Origin: Eremomyces bilateralis CBS 781.70
Taxonomy: Eukaryota
Strand: one strand, 5' to 3'
Length of the DNA: 64,000 nt
Assembly: GCA_010015585.1 (NCBI GenBank)
Contig: ML975151.1
In this document: in pieces, positions 57,200 to 64,000 of the stretch
Numbering within the stretch: the stretch's first letter is position 1
Layout: each line of letters begins with the position of its first letter
Program-made: the position numbers and the translations under genes
Notes under the pieces: generated by a model
What the model was told of the DNA's origin: nothing
Database searches by the model: none
The model's input: only the letters and a program-made list of their open reading frames with translations

Positions 57200-59929
57200 A
57201 TTAGTGACGCTGGGGAAGGAATGCAGATTTTAGAAATTGGTGTAGATCATGAGCCCATGCATATATTAATCCGTTGTGACTAAGACGAGAGGTACTGGAG
57301 CTGTGATATACCGCAAGTGAACAAAGCACCAATTCGCCAACTATGCGTCGCGATAAAATGAGCCTATTTACGACTCTGACTTTAATGTGAACAGATACCG
57401 GTACGGGTCCAAAAGAAAAGTCTAACGGAACAGAGCTCTGGAGACGAGCCAAATGGAACCAGAAATCAGATATCGTCAGGGGTTTATCTCATCGACCGCA
57501 GGGGAACCCCGAAATCTGATCGATCATGATGCTTAGACTTGCGAAGCCAGTCAGCATCCCAAGCCTAGATCTTGACTTCGCGAGCTGATAAAATCAAGGC
57601 TCGATGGATAAATTCCTAGGTAGACTGGGCACCCGAGTTCCCATAGAGTAATTAGTGACATCCTAAATACCAAAAAATGAAGAATTGGAACTTGGTAGAC
57701 GATAACAATATTCGCATTCCATCGGAGGTGGCCGACTTTCCACCTTTAAGGCTGGAGATACCTGGCAATGACTGGTAAGCATATCCGCTCGGTCCCTGAA
57801 AAATGTGAAAATTTGCGATGGATCCCAGTTAGAACCACCATTTACAGATTGGCTCCATGGAAACGCTTTGTTGATGTTCGAAATTTTTCTAGCGCTGAAG
57901 ATGAGCATCGAGAATGATCTTAGCACTTAGCAGCAGTCAAATTGGCGCGATGGATCAAAGGTGCCGGCATGGTGGATCCAATGTTCCAATTGCTCCATCA
58001 CCAATACACTGTCAGCTTCAAAGCAACCGTTGAAGTTGCATTTGAAAGCAATGATTTTACGACGGGTGGTCTGGGAGCCGCATCATCCTGTAGGTTGTAC
58101 CGGAGAAACCACATCCAGACGCCGAGCCGAGCCCTTCGCCTGTTGAGGCAGCATTACCTAATAGCAAGGAATGCGACTGGATGCGTTGAGGGGTTTCTTC
58201 GTCTATCAGATGCACCTCAGCCATTTTCGCCCTGTTGAACTGCCTGCTTCACCAGTGGCAGGCAATGGACCCGAGCATCTACAACATATTTTCGGGGCAT
58301 GGGCGGCAAGGCGGCATCGGGGATGGAAAAGTGATTCATCACAATGGGAATTTCAATAACAATACCATTCAGACCCTGGGTGACGGAGGGGTGGCCGCGG
58401 AGAAGATAGACAAGGTCGTTTCAATGGGGTAATGATGTACCACACCGGACAGGTAGAGTTTTATTTGACGTAGCGAGCGAGAGCCAGCCGCCAGGGCTAT
58501 AGGAGAGGAGGTGACGAACAGTCAACAAGGCACACCGAATTCAACAGTCCAAGAATATTAATAAGAAACAAGCCACTTGGTGACCCTGCCTGTGGCATTT
58601 ATTTTGGCAAAGATCAAGTAGAGTCTCCAGGAGACCCAGAACGCCAGAGCACCTTTCAAGAATAATCCCGCTAAGTGCCCGTAGCCAAGGCTAGCAAGGG
58701 CGCTTGGGAAAATCTGGGGATCGTGAGATGGCTGGGCTCTTGTGTCTTGACTCCTTGACATTGCATGATCGCGCCATGAAATTTTGCAAATTCCAACCCT
58801 TGCCGATGCTCGAGACCGCTCTCTCTGATGGCCTGATGCCCGTGATGGGAAGGTTGGAATTGCATGCAGTGGTGGTATCGGGTAACACGGCGGCTCCCAA
58901 GGATCAGTCGCTGGCTCAGCTGTGACTCAAACGGCTCTCCATCAGTCTTGGGGTCTGTTGGTGCCTGGTGGTGAAGGACCGTAGCAAGGAAAGGAATTGC
59001 TGGCATTTAATATTCATGAAATTGCGACATTCATCGCGTGAAATTGTCAAATGCAAAAACAGAAATGCCGCACAAGGCGAAATGGGTGGAGGATCGGCCA
59101 GGTGATGACGAAGTAGACGGCACATTTGCTGATGGAGCAAGGAGGTTCAGCCATTAAGGCTAGGATTGTCGCACGATATAAATTAAGTCGGTAACTTGTA
59201 ACATTCCCTGCGGTTTAACTGGTTCAATCTCCGTATTCACAGTGCACTAACATCCATCGGGATATAAATTTCCCGGCTAACAAAAGCTCAGTAATGACCA
59301 AGCGGGGCTAGAGGGCCCATGACCATAAAGAACTTCTCCCTGGATCCAGTCCGCGTTCCATTCACCAACTCCACATCCTTCGTCGTACGTAAACCATGAT
59401 CCAAAGATGCCCTGAGGGACCGAAAATGTGAACGACCAACAACTCAATCACGTCCGGATCGCCTCGTGGCTCCCTGAAGACCAAATGAGCAGGTGAGGCT
59501 AGTTCCCGTTGGTCTTCCCGGGTCGACTCTGGACTCATCCGCAATTCCGTTTAAATGTGAGGGGTGCCCGTTCTTTTTGTATACACATCCTCAAGTACCT
59601 CGATCTTAGTGAGTCGCATCTCCGCCGTTTGTACACCATCGCGCCTCTCTCAATTTTACATTGCCATTGCGATAGTCGCGTATCCCTACCTGTCGCCACT
59701 TTCTCTTCTTTAATACAGACCGACTCGGGGCTGGAAAGTTCAGTCACGCTTTTCTCAAGTCAATTTATTTATTATTGGCACCATCACTCCACCACCCTTC
59801 TTGAGTGTGAACAAGCACGTCATCAGCGCGGCGCATTCGCATCTCATTTTCAACTCATATAACCCTTTCGAGCACTCGATTACTCTTCCATATTGAATAT
59901 ATACGGGTCATATCCAAATCATCACCAAG

Positions 59930-61663
59930 ATGCCGGGGCGGTTGTTGTCGTTCGTGGGTAGACGGCTAAGCAGTTCATCTGCTCCCAGATACTCGGTGGA
60001 CCCCTTCAAACGATCAACCACATCCCTCTCCTCAACCGATTCCGATACGGCGGGCGGCATGGACGTGGTCAAGAAAACCGGGTTGAGCCTCGCCCGAAAG
60101 GCCAAACATCATCACCAACACCCGCATCAACAGGAAGACCCCAAGCACTCATCGCTAGCATTAAAGCTCTTCGTCGAATCACCGCCGTTGGTGTCGTATG
60201 GCGCACCTGAGCAATCAACCGGTGCACTTTTCAGCGGCCAAATTGAATTGACCGTCTACGATGAGCTGGTGGAGATTGAGAGCTTCGACGTGACAGTCGA
60301 AAGTGTCACAGAGTTCAAAAAACCAGTCTCGTCACACTGCAAAGAATGTGCGACCAAAGTGGAGGAACTCACTAAGTTCAGTCTAATACCGGAGGGTCAT
60401 TCAAGCCTCAAGCTTGCCAGAGGGAAACACTCTTTCCCCGCTTCCTACCTCTTCGCCGGCTACCTCCCGACCACCTGTCGAACATCTCTCTGCAGTATTA
60501 TCTATCGCCTCACCGCCATCGCCGTTCCAAAACCCTCCCTCGTCCCCCCTCCATCCAAAGCCCGCTCTCCAACCAGCTCACCCACCCTTCAGCCATCCCT
60601 CCGACCCGTCCCAGCAACGCTCAGCCACGAACTTCACCTCTCCCGCGCCATCCTCCCCACCGCCACGAACTCCCACCTCTCCGTCCGCGTCTTCCCCCCC
60701 ACCGCCCTCACCGCCCGCATCACCCACCCCACCATCATCTACCCGATCGGCTCTATCCCCATCTCCCTCACCCTCACGAAGATCAGCACTCTCACCAACC
60801 CCCTCCGCGCCCCCGCCTCATCCCTCGTCCCCACCGTCCCCATCCACCTCCGCTGGCGCCTCCGCAAATTCTTCTGGCGCCTCGAGCAAACCGTCCGTAG
60901 CACCTCCCCCCCCTGCCCCAAGCCCGAGCACCTCGCCAAAGTCGGGGGCCCTGCCAACGGCCTTCAACACGACACCGTCACCATCCTCAGCAAAGGTGAG
61001 GTCTCCACCGGCTGGAAGTCCGACTTTACCCCGGACACCGGCACCATCGACTGGGAAGGCGAGTTCCCTCTCTCCCCCGCCCACCTCCCGCGTGACCCCC
61101 ACCCCCACAAAGACACCATAACCTGCACCAACGCCAGCCCCGCCGGCCTGCAGATCACCCACCGCCTCATCCTCGAGATGATCGTCGCCGAGGAATGGGC
61201 GACGGCCAAACGCCCCAACCACCCGACGCCCACCGGCGCGGCGCGTATCCTGCGCACGAGCGTCGACGTCAAGGTGACGGAGCGCGCGGGGCTGGGCGTC
61301 TCGTGGGACGAGGAGGCGCCGCCGATCTATCAGGACGTGCCGGCGTCGCCGCCGGGGTACGAGGCATGCGAGGAGGTGGATGTGGAGGGGTTGCGGCGGT
61401 ATGGGGTGGGGGTGGATGGGACGGATGAGAGGAGGGGGAGTAATGAGAGTTTGGTGGGGTGGCGGTTGAGTGGGGAGGTGGAGCGGCGGGGGAGTGGAGG
61501 GGCGGTGGCGGAGAGTAGTGCGAGTGGGGCGGTGAGGGAGAGGAGGCGGGGAGTGGTGGAGGTGGTGAGGATGTTGGAGGAGGTGGATGGGGAGGTGTGG
61601 GGGAGGAGGGAGGAGGTGGAAGCAGAGGAGTCGCAGGAGGTGAGCGCGGGTGAAGTTCATTAG
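59930..61663 (+). CDS. Alpha-arrestin, LDB19/ART1 family ubiquitin-ligase adaptor
   Basis: Motifs VESPPLVSYGAPEQSTGALFSGQ, HSFPASYL, RVFPPT, WRLRK, PTGAARILR and GLGVSWDEEAPPIY...PPGY (PPxY). Intronless. Confidence 0.9.
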   Translation: MPGRLLSFVGRRLSSSSAPRYSVDPFKRSTTSLSSTDSDTAGGMDVVKKTGLSLARKAKHHHQHPHQQEDPKHSSLALKLFVESPPLVSYGAPEQSTGALFSGQIELTVYDELVEIESFDVTVESVTEFKKPVSSHCKECATKVEELTKFSLIPEGHSSLKLARGKHSFPASYLFAGYLPTTCRTSLCSIIYRLTAIAVPKPSLVPPPSKARSPTSSPTLQPSLRPVPATLSHELHLSRAILPTATNSHLSVRVFPPTALTARITHPTIIYPIGSIPISLTLTKISTLTNPLRAPASSLVPTVPIHLRWRLRKFFWRLEQTVRSTSPPCPKPEHLAKVGGPANGLQHDTVTILSKGEVSTGWKSDFTPDTGTIDWEGEFPLSPAHLPRDPHPHKDTITCTNASPAGLQITHRLILEMIVAEEWATAKRPNHPTPTGAARILRTSVDVKVTERAGLGVSWDEEAPPIYQDVPASPPGYEACEEVDVEGLRRYGVGVDGTDERRGSNESLVGWRLSGEVERRGSGGAVAESSASGAVRERRRGVVEVVRMLEEVDGEVWGRREEVEAEESQEVSAGEVH

Positions 61664-62271
61664 GATTTGATCGGATTTCGGTCTGGGAAGAGGAGGATTT
61701 GGCTTTTTCGGCATTCAAGCGATGGAATTCTGTCATGCATGATGCATAATCGACCACGATTTTCTGTTATTACCTGCGCGGCGTCCTGGGATGAGCGATG
61801 TCGTCCCAAATTTAGGTGCACTTTCGGATGGGAAAAAGTGCTGGGGTTTCATTCACGGGGATTTACTAGGATTCCGCACGGAATGCAAAGGAGTTCATAT
61901 CATTTGGGTTGGTCCCGGATCATGTAATACATAGGCCCGCCATGTGGCAGGGCACGAGTGAGCATTCGAGACCCTCACTCCTCCAATATATTCAACTTAT
62001 TACTATATCTATCCTCTATCTGCCGTCTGTACAGTGACGTGAATCGCGCTTCGGTAGCCTCGAGGACTGCATCGTACTGTACCAATGCCGTGAATGCTTT
62101 TCTAACCCGGCTGGTGCCATGTTCCCAAGTCATCCAAGGGTTCATTGGTTGCAGTCGCAAATCGACCTATATTGCCTCTCTAAATCAGTCTTCAACCACA
62201 CCCAAGATCACATCTCTGGCACCACCAAGCCCACCAGAACCGTCATATTTTGGGCCTCTGGTCTCCTTCCT

Positions 62272-63299
62272 TCAAATCTTCTGCTTCCCCCTCGCCGCCT
62301 TTCGCCTCTGCTTCATCATGTGCGTATACATGACATAGCTCCCGGGCACATAGATCGCCAGAATTGCATACAGCGCCGCGGGGAGGGCCGGATGCAGGTT
62401 CCCCGCATCGGCGATGGCGGAGTAGATGCACGCGCACTCGGAGACGATGCCGAGCGGGTAGAGGATGAAGAACGTGTTGTACCTACAGAGTAAAGTCGTC
62501 GTGAGTTCACGTTCGAATTCTATATGGAAAAACTCCGATCCCATCCATTTCCTCATGCAGGATTTTGGAAGGGATAGGAAAGATGAAGCTGGGTAAGACG
62601 CACCGTAACCCTTGGATAAACCCAGGCACACCCCGCCCGGAGAGCTGGAACACGAAGTACGCGTACCGCACCACTTCGGTGATGCTCCACGCGAGCAGCA
62701 TGGTCACATAGAAGGGGTTCGTGGAGGTCGCGCTGGGGATCCAATAGGCGATCGGCCAGACGAGGAGGATGCGGGAACCGATTTGTATCAGCGTGGTGAG
62801 GAGGGCGGAGCGGACGAAGCCTGGGGTTGGTTAGCTGCGGTAAGGTTGCTATAGAGGAAAAATTGTAGTCGATATAGCTCGGCGTTATATACACATTAAG
62901 TGACTTGTAGGGCATGGGGGATTGAAGTGCAATAATACAGAGGTTATGGCGCGTTGTTGCCAATGAGGAAAGAACCAAAAATAAAAATTGACTGTACAAG
63001 GAAATTTCTCTTGGAAGCATCGACTCGAGACTTGATTTTGACATATTCCTTAGGACCAATTCAAACATTGCCGAAGTAGAAATAAAATCCCAATTCCAAT
63101 ACATACCGAATAGCACGTGTCCAATCTCCAACATCATCGCGCTCTGCGTCCACCGCACAAACTCCTCATTCACCTCGTACACATGCCGCCAACCTGCGAC
63201 CTGCGTAATCAGCACCACGCGCACCAGCACGGCGAACCATGCGAGCAGGGAGAGGAAGTTGTAGAGCTGGAGATACGCGGTTTTGTAGGTGGTCGCCAT
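62272..63299 (-). CDS. PHS1: Very-long-chain 3-hydroxyacyl-CoA dehydratase (PTPLA family); three exons
   Basis: Motifs YLQLYN, QIGSRILLVW, AWSITEVVRY, RYNTFFILYPLGIVSE and YVPGSYVMYTHMMKQRRK. Confidence 0.95.
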
Positions 63300-63728
63300 G
63301 GTGGGTGAGGGTGGAAGGGTCCCCGGTAGTCGAAGGGGGAAGGGAAGGGAGGTTTATTAGTGGAATTGGTTGGATGGAATGATGGTCCGTTTGGGCATGG
63401 CACACGGAGGAATTATCTTTTATGTGGTGGGCAATTGAACAAATGCAGACGATTGGAAAGTTGGCGTCGTGAAGAGCTTGTTTGGGAGACAGGGATTCCG
63501 GTTTAGGACGATCGACAAGAAGTTCATCGGACGGGGTTGGGCTGAAAGGGAGCGTCTTGGCGATATGGTAGACGTCAATCATTATTTCTTAATCCATTCA
63601 ATAATGTCTCAACTTATTATCTATTTATCTCAACCTATTATTTTAATCTCGTTCTTTGCAGACATTTAGTGAGTATAATGACTGAACACTTCTATCTCGA
63701 TATCTCGCAGGTCATGGATTCTCCACAA

Positions 63729-64000
63729 CTAGTACCATACACAATCAGAGTACAAATCTTTGAAATGCCACGCTAGAGAGGCCTGCCTACAAAATTGGCT
63801 GATGTACACCCAGCCGTGGTTACTACCACACATAGAGTCAACAGTTAATGCTGTAAGCGCCCTTTCACTCTTCATTACATCCATGTACTCAGCTCCTCCA
63901 AGCCTTGAAGCAAAATCATACCACCAATTATCCGTCGGACAGAATCTCATCGCCGTTGTAAACTCCCAATACGTAGGATACCAGCCGGCGGACTCCCAGT
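63729..64000 (-). CDS. 3' end of an aminoglycoside-phosphotransferase (APH)/kinase-like protein, partial
   Basis: The minus frame from the window end reads WESAGWYPTYWEFTTAMRF...WW, matching the DWExAGWYPxYWE motif of fungal APH-like proteins. Confidence 0.65.
   Translation of the reverse strand, partial: WESAGWYPTYWEFTTAMRFCPTDNWWYDFASRLGGAEYMDVMKSERALTALTVDSMCGSNHGWVYISQFCRQASLAWHFKDLYSDCVWY

Noticed and set aside
62821..63105. snoRNA in the long PHS1 intron 1, or the read-through 248-aa ORF
   Set aside because: No clear C/D or H/ACA boxes are present; the open frame through the intron is unrelated to PHS1 and is bounded by canonical splice signals.

Overview
This is eukaryotic DNA from a filamentous ascomycete (short GT-AG introns with CTRAC branch points), and the window has two parts. 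Part 1 (~1-22.3 kb) is an accessory, transposon-rich island with RIP-type damage. It holds two 3' fragments of one LINE, a kinase pseudogene, an intact ATR1-like MFS transporter, a 398-bp MITE, a Fot1/pogo element, a pseudogenised DUF3435-type tyrosine recombinase (Starship 'captain'-like) and a Tc1/mariner-like element. It also holds a three-gene aldo-keto reductase / MFS (pseudogene) / Zn2Cys6 module whose promoters share a repeated CGG-N5-CGGA motif. Part 2 (~22.9-64 kb) is mostly conserved core genes: cohesin SCC3, ureD, CCDC137-like, AIM6-like, TFIIIC tau138/TFC3, bZIP-DUF3425, PRP19, a SIM+RING STUbL-like gene, a 2OG-Fe(II) oxygenase, eIF4B, a membrane protein, two secreted proteins, an LDB19/ART1 arrestin, PHS1 and a partial APH-like kinase. 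The best leads are the captain relic with possible cargo regulon, a B-box plus T6 inside the long first intron of the TFIIIC B-box-binding subunit, a secreted protein with PHM-like copper-ligand motifs, recurrent C-rich-to-G-rich skew flips, and a 3-nt micro-exon in eIF4B. All family calls come from motif recognition by eye; no searches were run, and exon boundaries are manual.
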